DNA from: Squalus acanthias
Lineage: Eukaryota
Assembly (NCBI GenBank): GCA_030390025.1
Contig: CM059434.1
Location: 18,166,001-18,230,000 of the forward strand
Direction: 5' to 3'
Length of the DNA: 64,000 bases
Positions 1-12,365 of this stretch are shown here, piece by piece (the stretch's first letter is position 1; each line of letters starts with the position of its first letter). The notes beneath the pieces were generated by a model. It searched no databases. It saw only the letters and a program-made list of their open reading frames with translations, and was not told the DNA's origin. Made by a program: the position numbers and the translations under genes.

Positions 1-38
1 AGATATCGCTTACAAGTTTTTTTGCATTTTTTAAGCAG

Positions 39-506
39 ACTGTTCGGGGTCAAGCCAAGCGCTAAGCAAGCTCCTGTCACAACAGCTGAAAACATGAAGA
101 ATTCCACAGTCATTTCCAATCCTCATGCCACTATGAGCCAGCAGAGCAGCCTGGATTCTCCACCATCATGTTTAGGCAGTGGAGGCAGCAGCCCACTCTA
201 TAACAAGGCTACAGACATGATACAATCTCCCTTGGCCTCCAGTCCAGCGTCAGTCCATTCCACAACGTCAAATGGTGTGCCATGGGGTGCCAGTCTGAGC
301 AGCTCCTCCACCATAAGTAAGGATGGTCCAGGTTATCAGTCAGTAAACAGTCTGCACACCAGCTGTGAATCCATTGACATCTCCCTCAGCAGTGGAGGCG
401 GTCTCAGTCATCACAACTCAACTAGTGGCTTGATCCCTTCCTCCAAAGAAGATTCTCTTACTCCTTTTGTGAGGACTAACAGCATTAAGACAGCTATGTC
501 TGAGAG
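39..506 (+). CDS. NAV2: Neuron navigator 2 internal coding exon (468 nt, phase 2-2), Ser-rich region
   Basis: T-rich tract then aagcag acceptor; translates (R)LFGVKPSAKQAPVTTAENMKNSTVISNPHATM...SLHTSCESIDISLSSGG...SLTPFVRTNSIKTAMSE, closely matching recalled NAV2; donor AG|gtaaga at 507. Confidence 0.95.
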
Positions 507-1374
507 GTAAGAAGCCAAGAATATGTGCTGAAATTTTATAGATTTGCATGTTCCTATTTTTACGAACGGTCTCATTTAATGGTCTTATTAATTTGAACTC
601 GTCATTCATGACAACGCAGGAATCCATATGGTGTTTGTAGGAATATGGAGTGCTTGATGTACTTGCCTGATAGGCCATTTGTTTACATTTCCTGTCCATC
701 TAGTGTGCCTCTTGTGTTGTCTTTTTTCCACTTCATTTTCCTCTGTAAAACATTACTGCTTTTGTTCTCACATTTGTAGAACAAAATATCATCGTAATGT
801 TATTGAGATGTTGGTTTATCTCCGCCTTCCTCCTGCTTTGAGACTAGATTCCGACCTTTTAGTGACAGTTTTTGAACACAGTGAGGCTGTGATAACCCTA
901 ACTCATAATAGTGTTCCCTGAAAATCTGTCACTGAGCAAAGGGAGAAGTAGTAGCACAGTTTGGAGGCCAATAGAACGGGCAGGGGCGTAAGACTTGGAT
1001 GCACCTGAGCTAGTCAAAAGATGAGAAACTTGAGCTTGCTGACAGCGGGAGAGCATCGCAGCTGCGAAAGGGGAAAAATCATTAATCTGAACCTCTGCCT
1101 ATATTTTTCTCAATGAATTAATCCCCAGGCTGAAATGTCGTCTCTTGTTACTGTGCCACCCAAGAGTACTTACTCGCCATGACCGAGATGATGCTGCAAT
1201 AGGAGGCCAAATTTGAACACCTGAGAATCAGTTTTGAAAATTAAAAATTGGCGGTGGTATCAATTCAATGTTTGGCAGGTACAACTTGATGAATACTTGC
1301 CTGAAGCACACATACTCCAGAGATTAGCAGTGCGAGCCCAGTGATAGAGATACTGGGATATAAATTGATGTTGG

Positions 1375-1462
1375 GGGGAAAAAAATCAGACGGAGTTTAA
1401 AACCTGGTTGCCGATTTGCTATCATCCGTTTTGTGATACTGTCCAAGACTGATTTACACCCC
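1375..1462. mobile_element. Very short MITE-like remnant
   Basis: Ends gggggaaaaaaatcag ... ctgatttacacccc form an imperfect terminal inverted repeat. Confidence 0.35.
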
Positions 1463-2302
1463 ATTATTTTGTGTGCCAGTCAGTTTCTAAATATACTCAA
1501 CACTTTGAGGTGAAGTGTTCCGGGGCAGACTGAGATTATTTGCCTCTTCTGAAATATACATTTCAAATTGCAAATCATTCCTTAATTTTACCATATAGTC
1601 GACCAACAGACAATCATAATCTATATAATTAAAAGTCTTGCATTGAGCACACATCCATGGTGAGGCATCTCTCAAAGATATTACACCTCAAATGGGTCAG
1701 CATACACAGACCAATTCCTCCCCCCCCCCCTTAATTGAATGCTGTCTGTTAAGTTGAGTATGTTAATTAACTTAAATCTCCAGTTGACTGAATTCAAACT
1801 AGTTGGGTACCCATAAGACTAACCAATTAAATGGCTCAATTTTTTAAAAGCTACCACGTACAAATCAGCAAGTACCACAAAACCAACAAGTCAAATGCTT
1901 CAACAACTTTGTTCTCATTTCTTTCAGCGGCCATGTTGTTCAATGAGCTATTGGCTATATATGTGTAAAAACTAAATTTTGAACATAAACATGCAAAGGA
2001 ATATGAGGAAATCATAAACCTACTAATCTTAAAAATGTTCCTTCGCACAGGCCTGCCCCTTCCTCTGGCCCTGGGTCCCTAGTTCTCCTGGGCTCCCAGT
2101 GCTTACAGTGTTTAACTGAACTTACCTGCCAGTATTGCCAAGGCACTGAGCATGTTGCACTTCAGTGTACAGCCTGTGACAGTTGTTTGGCTGCCATTTT
2201 ATGCTTGTCAAAATCTCACTCTCTACTGTTGCAATAAATCAGGAGTTTGTCCGGGTGATCTTATTTCTTGCTTGCAGTCGCACATCTGCTCAGCCAGATC
2301 AT

Positions 2303-2400
2303 TAGAATCATAGAATGGTTACAGCACAGAAGGAGGCCATTCGGCCCATCAAGCCCGTGCCAGCTCTCTGCAAGAGCACTTCAGCTGGTCCCACTCCCCC
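2303..2400 (-). mobile_element. CR1-type LINE 3' tail fragment
   Basis: agaatcatagaat...gaaggaggccattcggccc, the same tail as longer CR1 copies in the window. Confidence 0.75.
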
Positions 2401-2486
2401 GCCAGAGGAGGAAGGCAAGGAAAAGAAGCACAGGCCCTTGGCTCCTCCCTCCCCTCACGCTATGAGTTCTGGCAGACTCCAGCTTC

Positions 2487-2558
2487 CATAGGAACAGGAG
2501 TAGGTCATTTAGCCCCTCGAGCCTGTTCCGCCATTGAATGATGTCATAGCTGATCTGC
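2487..2558 (-). mobile_element. CR1-type LINE 3' tail fragment
   Basis: ggaacaggagtagg...cccctcgagcctgttccgccatt, as in the tails at 15115 and 21504. Confidence 0.7.
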
Positions 2559-3256
2559 GACAGCTTCCCTGCCCAATACCGTCAGGCCATAGAGATCCCA
2601 GCCAATACCCCCTCGCCCCAATGCTGCCAGACACCAGCCCTCCGTGTACTGCCAGTCCACTGGTCATCGCCCCACTGCTGCCAGGCCCAGCTATTCTCCC
2701 CTCCAACCCCACACCCCCACAATGCCGGACTTCAGCTCTCTGTCTTCTGCCAGGCCACAGATCTTCTCCCCCAGTACTTTCAGGCACGGATGTTCCTGCA
2801 CCCACCTCCCAGTGCTGCCAAGCTGTTGGTCACCTTCTCACAGCTGCCAGGCCCAACATGTCCTGCCACCACCTCCTGGTGCTGTGAGGCCACAGCCTCG
2901 ATATATGTTGTGATATTCTTCGAATAATTCAGAGTGATCATTACACTTAACAAGATCCATATGAGTCCACCTTCTTCCCATGAATATCTTCTTTCTATTT
3001 TTACTATATACTCCCCATGGTAAATTTCAATTGGTTTGCAGACTTACATTTCTGATCTGTTGCTTTTTTGGTTCTACGTTGTCGTGTTGAAGTTGGAAAT
3101 TTAAGTGAACCAAATGTCTAATTTTGCTGTTGGATATCGATGTATTTATTCTCGGATCTGCTAACATTGTTTTTTTTTCTCATTTCTTTCTTTCCTAAGT
3201 GTTAATCTGCCTTCTCTTCTCTGTTTTCCCCTGTACTGCTTGGTTCCACCCCATAG

Positions 3257-3322
3257 CCCTCTCTCTTCCCCATCCGCTAGTCCCAAATTCAACAGAAATA
3301 CATTACCAAGGAAACAAGACAG
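3257..3322 (+). CDS. NAV2: NAV2 coding exon (66 nt, phase 2-2): SPLSSPSASPKFNRNTLPRKQDS
   Basis: Pyrimidine tract and catag acceptor, donor AG|gtaatg; in frame with the previous exon; matches NAV2 SPLSSPAASPKFCRSTLPRKQDS. Confidence 0.93.
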
Positions 3323-3732
3323 GTAATGCTCACAGTCTGAAGCAGACGATTAATTCGGTCAAAGGAGGCCCTGTCTTCAAGGATCATCTGGGTTTTTAAT
3401 TAACCCCTTTGCAAAACTGGCACCTAACTTTTTAAATTATACTGTTTCGTGCTAAGCTTCTAAAATCTCAAAATCTACTACTAATATTTTGGTATGATGC
3501 GTTGTGTTTTGTTTGGGCATTGCTGTTCCTAATTGGTATGTTAGTTTTTAAACAAACACGAAGATTAAGTTCCACAATAGTCAAGTGAAAGGACTGCAGA
3601 AAGATTTCTGTGAGAACTACCCTCGCGAGTTGAGTTTTGAGTAGAACTCAAAGAAATATTTGATGGTACTGCACATATTTTAAGTAAACTTCCATTAAAT
3701 GTAGAATAGGTTGAGAGTATTGTACAAGAGCT

Positions 3733-4110
3733 TGCCTCATGGCTCAGTGGGGTAAAAATACCGGAAAGGTTCCCGGTTCAGCTCCCATCTTCACTGGATT
3801 TGCCAAGCAAGGCAGCAAATAGGGATGCTATTGTTTGCTTCAGCGTTCCTGGGTTAGGGATAAGGCAAAATCAACCAGAGTTTCTGCTCCTGATCACTTT
3901 CTCAGTGACTCTCACTGGAAAGTTGACATCAGGTGAGAACAGGATTGGGATTGGCTGTGAAGTTGCCCACACAATCAAACAGGCTGCCAACCGCTCACTA
4001 GGCTCATACTTGAAGACAGGCCACTGAAGCAAATACCCGCGGGCTACCGAACCCGTGGAGACTTACCCCATTACGAGTTAGTGCATTCAGGAGAGAAGAG
4101 AAAATGGAAG
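3733..4110 (+). mobile_element. tRNA-headed SINE, second (non-Deu) family
   Basis: A-box tggctcagtgg and B-box-like ggttcagctccc; body shared with degraded copies near 8860, 18480, 28975, 36420 and 56495. Confidence 0.6.
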
Positions 4111-6991
4111 GCGGGTGGGTGGGGGACGGGGAAAGGAGAGAGGGGATGGTGCTGATACTAATTGTCCTTGTTTTAAATTATATTTTTAAATAATCAATAT
4201 TATTGCTGCCAACAACAAATTGTGTCTGTATTTGCACATTTGTGCCTTGAAATACTCACCAAATATTAATTGTCCCCATACCTTTTTAAAGCAGACATTT
4301 TAATTAAAAGAAATCTAAATATAAAATTAAATTGGCATGTTCCACACAAGCCTTCCCATTAATCGTGAGGTTAATCTCAGGTGATCCTTGATACATGGTC
4401 CAATGGCATTCAAGGCTTTGGTCAATATCATGTCACAGTGGTATGCTAGTGAGAAAAGACATATATATAAAGTTACTGGTGTTAATTGCCACGGAAATGT
4501 TCTGTTTCACAGGCAAAATGACCTCTTTTATTTAAAAACTATTTCAAAAAAATGCAAATCTTTCTGGAAATGTTTGTGAATTATTCTGCTAACAAGTTGA
4601 AGGTCAGGTTCTTTGTATACTTTAAAAGTTCATGGCATAGAGAGAAAAAGTTTACAATTTTTGAACTGGACAGAAAATAGATGAATGGTAGTTAAGGTTA
4701 TCCTTAAGACAAAAGAACTTGATTTTTCTTTTACGTTTATTTGGATCCCCTGCACCATTTTTTCCAATTAGTTCCTCTCCCCTCCTGCCACCCCACCCAA
4801 CACCACCCCCAAGACCTATACTTATTTTTTTGCCAGAATAGGGACCTGCTCTCAGTCTATGCTATTGCTTCTTGATTTATTGGTTGCTAGGAAATGTACA
4901 AGAGCAACCTGGTATAATTTTTCTCCCAACTCCTCCCTCTCCCCTTTCGCTTCTGATCCGTCAATCTCCCTGAGGGACAAGGTGAGGTCTGGAACTTAGC
5001 ATGCGATGCAATGTAGGCACAAACCTGCACCCAACACCTCTGATGCTGAACATTTCTAAGTTCGATTTGACATTCTTGATTTTACTGGCCAACTTGAGTC
5101 ACTGTGGTTGGCTAATGCTCCAAAAGAAAAATGGTAATCATGCAGTGTATTCAGCTAACAACAGCTTAAAATTCCTGCTTAATTTTTTTTGTATTAATAA
5201 TTGCCCCCCCCACACACCCTACTTATCCATAAGGATGTTATTTTCCATTGTTTTTAAAGCTCTGAAGACGTCTTTTAGTAAAGATCCATTACCTTTTGTC
5301 TGAGGAGAAAGATGAACTAGCTGCGGGCTACTTTAATTCAAATTATACCACGAGCAAATGATGGGGTTATATTGCCACGCAATTTTTGCAGGCACTGCAT
5401 TGTTGTGCTATTGGACAAACAAAAATATGTTTGATAGATACCTTTCAATTGTGGCGGTACCCCTTTCAGTTGCAGTGTTTTATAACAATCTTGTGTCCCC
5501 TGCCTTGTATTGACATTTGAACATTCATGAAGAAAAGAAGTAAAAACATTAATAAACAGGCGCTATCTTAACTAGTTAAATGTAATTGACTCAAATATTC
5601 ATATTTAACTGGAAACGGAGCATCTCATTATTATCACTGTTTGAGACATGTAATCTTAGAAGATTAACTGAGAAGCAGGATTCTTGGCACTTATGTTTTT
5701 TGAAATAATGGTCTGAATTATCTATATAAACACAATCACACTAGCATTCCATTGTGTAGGTTGTTTTCCCATTGGCATGCCAACATTTATCTGCATCATA
5801 AGCGAATGTGTTGCCCAATTCTAAAACTGTGTGTGGTGCTGGAAAATGCCTTTCTTCTGGCTGTGGCCTTTTTTCATGCTGCTTTTGTTAATGGTGGCTT
5901 ACTTGAGTAAGCATTCAGTCAATTGATCTTGAAGCATTTTAAGGTCCAAATGATTCAGGCATAAAATCAATAAGAGTATTTGTTTAGAGTTTTGGATAAA
6001 TCGATACTCTGAATCTACGTACTGTACATTGATTAAAAAAAAAAAAATGATGCTGGGGTACGTGGATCTTCAAAAATAAGAGCACGGTTTCCACAGTCAA
6101 TCAGATGGGATTCCTTTGGTTGCCAGAGTTCTCTTAAGTTCCGAGTCTGATCTTTTGCACCTTTAATGTGCAATGGAGTTCATCACAGCTATTGAAAAGA
6201 AAAATCAAACCTACAAGACCTAACTGTGAACCCTAACTGATGAACTCGGTCATTTAAAAACACCTTATTTGGATCTATGTTACTTCTGAGTCTAAACTAT
6301 ACATTTCAAATATTACGTTAAAAATATTTCCTTAATTACAGAGGTGACCTGTAGTAAAGTTTATATTGAACAGCATCTCTATTATTACCTTCAAAATGTC
6401 AATTGGATTAAATAAACGTTCAGTGAGTGGTGCTCATATTTTTACTGCTACTTGACTAAGCGTTAATACCTACTGCAGAACACCACAAGTGCAAGTACAA
6501 TGCAAATCCAGTGACTCGTAACAGCCAACAAACCTGCTGATGTTGAATATAATATTTGTTCTTTACACTTCCTGTTAGTAACAACTGAAGATAATTTTAT
6601 ATGCTTCATTGCTAACCAAGAAAATCTTTGGAAAATATTTTTTCCAATAAGTAATCTGTAGATGATTTCTCTCAGGCTATGGATTTTTAATTTGTGACCA
6701 TTGACCAGTTCAGAATATGATCTTTATGTTTGGTATACTACAGATTTGCCAGTTATGTGGCACAGTTTGGTATATATGTTTTTTTTTTAAAGTCATTAAC
6801 CTCATATCCTAAAGAAACTGCCATTTTGCTTTTTCATATCACATAACAAATCTTATTGCTGAGGAAATCAGTGTTGGGTGTATGTTAACATTCAACGGTT
6901 TATATGCCCGCTACACACACTTTACTTTAATCTTGCTACCTCTTAACTTCCTACTAGTACTTTTCTCAGTTTTCTTCTCACTTTCCTGCAG

Positions 6992-7036
6992 TGATCCGCA
7001 GCTTGATAGGAATACCTTGCCTAAGAAGGGATTCAG
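6992..7036 (+). CDS. NAV2: NAV2 coding exon (45 nt, phase 2-2): DPQLDRNTLPKKGFR
   Basis: Long pyrimidine tract and ctgcag acceptor, donor AG|gtattg; carries the navigator-family motif DRNTLPKKG. Confidence 0.94.
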
Positions 7037-7915
7037 GTATTGGTGCTTCCCTCATAGATAACTGCTTTTCGTGTCTCTGGCACTACGCGCTTTGTATTTG
7101 TGGCAGTGGGTGTTGGTGGCATATTTCCATTTGTGCGAGCGTCTCAATATCTTTATTTTTACCATTTTGCTTTCTTGTGCAGTCTGGATTTTGGAGTTTG
7201 TTTTTTAAGCTGCTGCGGCTTTTGCTCAACTCGATGTTTGTTTTGTGAGCATGAATCAAAGTGCTTTTACAAACATGGCCGATAGCTGTAGGTCACGTGT
7301 CTGAGGCTTGTTTGCGTGTATGGCTTTATTCCCCCCCACTCACTGAGTTACCAAAATTCCTTCCAGTCCAGTGAAGACAAAGGGTAAAACTCTTTGCAAC
7401 AACAATTCTAGCTTTGGGTTCACAGAGAATCAATGGATCATTATTTTTGCACAGAGGAGCACTTTGGACTGAACCATCATTACATGGAAGAGCCAAGTGT
7501 ATGGTGCAAAGAACGCCGTGATTAAAGTGGTTAAAGTATTTTGCAGACTTTGAATGTGGACATCTTCATTGTCCTTGATCAATGTCGTTGTATTGACAGC
7601 GAATTGGTTCTGCTAAAGGCAAACCAAGTGCAACCTCCACAGGCTTTTCCCGATCTTCCTGTCAGCGTGGCTTCTTTCCTCCATGTGGTGCTGCGCTAAA
7701 TCAAAATCAGTATTAAGCCACTTGAGGGATGTCAGAAGACATAATTCAGCCAAATCGACTATTTCAACCTAGGTCTCCTGATCTATATAATGCGGGCCAA
7801 TGATACATTATACTACTAAGTTGACAATGTCAGTGTTTCGAAAAGTTTTGAAAGGGATCTGCCCAGGAATAATTTCAAACTGAGCCTGCAGGGGGAGCAT
7901 TTCAGATTGAGCTCT

Positions 7916-8030
7916 TAGAATCTTACAGCACAGAAGGAGCCCATTGGGCCCCTCTTGCCTGTGCCAGCTCTTTGAAAGAACTGTCCAATTTAGCCCCACA
8001 CTCCAGCTTTCTCCCCACTACCCTGCAAAT
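7916..8030 (-). mobile_element. CR1-type LINE 3' tail fragment
   Basis: tagaatcttacagcacagaaggagcccatt... tail, similar to 2303 and 60432. Confidence 0.7.
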
Positions 8031-8059
8031 GAATCCTCTACAAGTGCATAAGAGATATT

Positions 8060-8771
8060 GGGCCTGAATTTGTGGTCGGAGGCTTCCTGCGGGGGAATGC
8101 CTCTGATCCGCAAATAAAATCCGCATCTACCTGGTGCCTCGGGATCCACGGAGACTCGCGCTCCTGGGCCTCTACGCGTAGGCCTGTGTAGAGGCCCGCG
8201 TATCCCAGGGGCGCAGGTGGTTCGCAAGCGCCCCTGGGATCACGTGGGCCGGCCCAACCAATAAAAGAAGGGGATCCCCATTCGTGTTTATGGGGATTAC
8301 GGTTACATAAGCATGAATGGGGATCACATAAAAAACCACATTTACATACCAAATACATTTTTTTTTAATTACGTATTTAAAATTAATTAAAATACCATTT
8401 AATTAAACATTTAAAACAAAAATTTGATTTTTTGAGAAATAAATGTAAACGTTTTAAAGGGGTTAAAATAGCCTTAACTTATTTTACAGGTGTTTTAATG
8501 TTTAAATAATTTAAAAAAAAATTATTTTTATATTCATTTAAACTCTTTTACCAGGCGTAAGAATTTCACGGGCATTCGCTGGGCAGAAGTGGGGTAAATA
8601 GCCCAACTCTCCGTACAGTTCCCAGGATTGCGGAGGATCTGTCAAGAAGATTCTTGACAGATCGCAAGTTCCGGATTTTCGTGCATGCGCTTCACGCGCA
8701 AAAACCCGGAGCTTGCGGGGACCTTACAGGTGGCCCGTGTACGCACCAGTAGGCCCCGGAAAATCCGGGCC
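8060..8771. mobile_element. Non-autonomous DNA transposon (PIF/Harbinger-like MITE), family A
   Basis: Ends gggcctgaattt ... aaatccgggcc; GC-rich arms around an AT-rich core; homologous to 49034-49722 and 58850-59618. Confidence 0.75.
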
Positions 8772-8859
8772 AATGTACATAACTCAACCTGATCTGGACA
8801 GCTGCAGTGCAAGTCCCGGTGTGTAGGCTTCCTTCTCCTCCAATTTCTCCTCTGAATTT

Positions 8860-9125
8860 CTTCTTTTACTCATTCTTTCTTGAAGGTGTTGTTACCTGCT
8901 GTCATGTGTGTTCATGGGTGGTACCAAGCTAAGTGCCGATTCTTTGTATTTGAGCATGAGCAGTGAGTTTTGGGCTAGTTGTCCAATGGAGGCCATGCAC
9001 GCTTCTGGTCTTCATTGAAGATCCACGTGCATACAATTCTCACGGGGTTGATGGGTAATGGGCAGCGGCAGTCACGCGGCTGACTTTTTCACCCTCCCTA
9101 CCCAGGGACACTAAAATTAATTGGA
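8860..9125 (-). mobile_element. Degraded SINE of the 3733 family
   Basis: ctgactttttcaccctccctacccagggacact is the reverse complement of that family's body. Confidence 0.45.
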
Positions 9126-9339
9126 GTGTTTCGACTGCTTTTTTGTTTTGTTTGGTTCAGTGCCACATGAAGCATTCATTTACCCACCGCCCCAGTATCC
9201 ATTGTTTAATTAAAGTTAATGATCTTCAATGTTTCTAGTGTATGAGTGACTGCAACTTTGTGGAAGTATAAGGTTGAACTGTCGAGTATCGGACATGACA
9301 TTGGCGAAGTAATATAAAACTGTTGTATGTTGTTTTTTT

Positions 9340-10228
9340 GAGGCAAAAGTCCTGGCCCCGATAGCGACGGGGAGGGAGTGGGAGTGAGGTTTAGTGGCTC
9401 CTGGATGTCCTGCCCAATTTAACAGCAGGACCTGATTAACATTTTTGGACTCTGTTTCCTGGCTGCAGCCAGCCAGATTGAGAGGCTGGCTAGCTGACTT
9501 AGTCGGGCGGGTAGGACTGCGGCACCAGGCCGCAGCCGGGGAGCGGAGAAGAAGGAGGGAAGGCAGAGATTGTGGATCGACGGGGGGCATCGGGCGGGGG
9601 GGGTTGAGCGGTGTGGAGAGTTTGTGGCTCGGAATGGTTTTGTGGGTAGGGGCGAGACCACGGAGAGATTGTGGTTCGGGATGGTCTTGAGGCCCCGGAG
9701 GGATCGTGAGTCTGTGTGGACTTGGATAGGGGTGGGGTGGGTGGAGCCCCGGAGAGATCGGTTGGGGGTCGGAGAAATTGGACGGGGCCAGAGAGCTAGG
9801 TCGTGGGTTGGAGACATCGTAGGGGTTGGACAGGTAGGTCTGGGGTCGTAGAATTCGCAGGGGGCGTCCGACTGCAGGAGGGTTAACAGGTTTGCTTGGG
9901 GGTCCGGGGGGGAAGCACTCCTGCTCCTCCTGGCCCACAAGCAGTGCTGGGAAAGCACTTACCTGCTGGATCCAGCTGTCCTCGACCCCCTTCAGCTGTT
10001 TGGTTTCCTGAGGCCTGGGAAACCTGGCCGGCCAGCGTTAAACCTGAAACAGAGGTAAGATCTGAGGAACGCAGCCTCATTAAAATATTTAAATGAGGGA
10101 CCCGCCTCCGGAGAGCAGGTTAATCACCCGCCCCCCCAGCCCGCCTCTGTTAAAACCAGATTGGGGTCAGTTTCTCATTTTTAAACCCCTCCTCCCCCCG
10201 CCTGTTCTGGTGGTCAAAATTCCCCCCC
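9340..10228. mobile_element. GC-rich non-autonomous DNA transposon (Harbinger-like) with G-rich degenerate internal repeats
   Basis: CpG-rich block in an AT-rich intron, ending in caaaattccccc like the other TIRs; loose gggtcgg-type repeats. Confidence 0.55.
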
Positions 10229-10929
10229 CCCCACCCCCAATCCCACACACCCATATCTCCATATAGAATGAGCTTATTGGTGCTTTCTGATGGTTATCTA
10301 TTTGTACATTTATACTCATATCTTAAAATAAGGGATCTTTAAAATTGTTCCTTTCTTCAATACAGGCCTGTGCTTAAGCATAAACGTAGGGTTGTGTCGT
10401 TGCTGCGCTTTAAGGGGCAATTTTATCAGATTTACTTGCAAACCAAGTCTTTGGGGGGGGGGGACATGCTGATGTAAAAATGGACTGTATGTTCCACAGA
10501 TAAAAAGAAAAACCATGAATGCTCGGAATCTGAAATAAAACGCAGTGATCTGATTAAGGGTCCCACCCAAAATATCAACCTACCTCTCTTTCAGATGCTG
10601 ACTGACCCACTGCGTTTCCACCATTTTATGCTTAATTTGCAGACCGTTGCGGTAACCGTCTGTCATCTGGATGCGGCAATGAACATAATTTTAAATCTAT
10701 AAGGGCTCTAGTTCACAAAATGATTCTCTGTCAACATTTTACAGTACATGGGCTGGATTGTGCGGCCAGTGGTGAACAAACGGTACCAGCACTTGCCCGC
10801 AGACTTTCCATGGGCTTTTGCACTGGAAGTTCCTGTCAGCCAACTATCCACAGCGCCCTCTACAGGGCATCTGGGACCTGTGTGAACAGGGCAACAACTC
10901 TGTATCTCCTTAACCAATTAGATTGAAGA

Positions 10930-11638
10930 ATCGTTAATGAGCAGCGCAGAATCTGAGCCAGGAAGTGTCAGTTCGAATAGTGAATTCACTGTCAAATCAG
11001 GTACAGAAAGCAAAATAGAGAGGGAAAGAAAGATTGGATTAAAAGAGATAAAAAGAAAAGGGAACAGATATATATATTTTTTTTTAAATCTCCAACAATA
11101 AATAAAATCTGAAGGAATGAGACTCCACACTTGTAAACTTTAATTTTCAGTGCCACAGAGGTTGTTTGGCAGTAATTAAGACTTACCACCAATGTTCCCG
11201 TTAAGCCGTGAGGCCGCGCAGCTGTCTGGAGTTCCCACTCAGGCCGCTTACCGGCTTTACAGTTGAAAAACTGCGCATGCGTGGAAATGTGAATGGGCCA
11301 CGCAGCCCATTAAAGGGGCCACACACACACAAAAAATTCGAGGGAGCATTGCATACCACGCTGTTAAAAGGGCACACGCACTGGAATGGACAAGCCCTAA
11401 CTTTTTCTGGCAAGTTAATGAATATATATCAGGTAAGTACAGCAGCTTCACGCCATTCATTGTATTTCAATGGTGAGTCTCTCAGCGAGATAAAGTTAGC
11501 GCGCAGCTTCTGGAGGAGCAGGGCATCTCCCGATTTACGCTTTTTAACTGTGCATGTGTGAAGTTGCTGTCCGATTTACACGCTAATAGCTGTTAGCGCT
11601 ATTAGCCTCACCGTTAACTCTACTGCAAAATCTGGCCC
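10930..11638. mobile_element. Harbinger-like MITE remnant hosting a nested hAT-like MITE
   Basis: Right end gcaaaatctggccc|att resembles family A termini; left boundary uncertain. Confidence 0.45.
11190..11351. mobile_element. hAT-like MITE (162 bp)
   Basis: TIRs caatgttccc ... gggagcattg; 8-bp TSD cttaccac/cataccac (7 of 8); inverted homolog of 42043-42179. Confidence 0.85.
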
Positions 11639-11969
11639 ATTGTATTCTACATGGAGATGTACAGTACTATAAAAGAACTATAGAATAATAAAATAATTTC
11701 GCAATGTTAGCTGTATTATTTATCATGAAACAACTTTGACATTCATTTGTAATGAATGGCTACAGTCAAACAAATCCATTCATTTTAATGCACTGTAAGT
11801 TGTTAAATTGCTTATCTTGTGCATGGGAGACACTGGACTACATCATAGTGCATTCTAATTTTAGTAACTGTTTTCATTTGAGGGTGCATGTTGCATGAAC
11901 CAGAATCTGAAACATTTGTGCATACACTGGATAATTATTTTGGATGGTTCTCAGCAATTCATCATTTGT

Positions 11970-12217
11970 TACAACAACAACAATTGCATTTATGTTAACG
12001 TAGTAAAACGTCCCAAGGCGCTTCACAGGAGCATTATCAAACAAACCTTAACACCAAGTCACATAAGGAGATATTAGGACAGGTGAGGTTTTAAGGAGCT
12101 TCTTAAAGGAAGTAGAGAGGCGAAGAGGGAATTCCAGAGCTTAGGGCCTAGGCAGCTGAAGGTATGATCGCCAATTGTGGAGTGATGAAAATGGGGGATG
12201 CGCAAGAGGCCAGAATT
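11970..12217 (-). mobile_element. L2-like LINE 3' end
   Basis: (aac)n tail, ttgcatttat...cgtcccaaggcgcttcac...ggaattccagagc; homologous to 22150 and 26795. Confidence 0.7.
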
Positions 12218-12365
12218 TATATGAACTGCGCAATATAAGCAACTCCTCTCTCTTTGTTAGGGTGAACTGTACAGAAATATCTACATTTGAAATGTAATGC
12301 ATGATATTCCTTTCTTCCCTCCTCCCCTCCATTAACAAACTAGGCATTGTATCTTTAGAATTATT

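Noticed and set aside
22-38. Start codon of ORF 22..510
   Set aside because: The TTG lies in the intronic T tract; the exon begins after the AG at 37-38, and the ORF stop falls in the gtaa donor
2509-2913. Overlapping ORFs of 89-117 aa
   Set aside because: C-rich low-complexity sequence next to LINE tails; no plausible splice sites or recognisable protein
7183-7285. Cys-rich in-frame reading after a good acceptor at 7182
   Set aside because: No phase-compatible donor before the stop; explained by the TG-rich intronic composition
9216-10096. Long overlapping ORFs of up to 240 aa
   Set aside because: Pro/Gly/Arg-rich translations of a GC-rich transposon, open on both strands because of composition; no domain recognised
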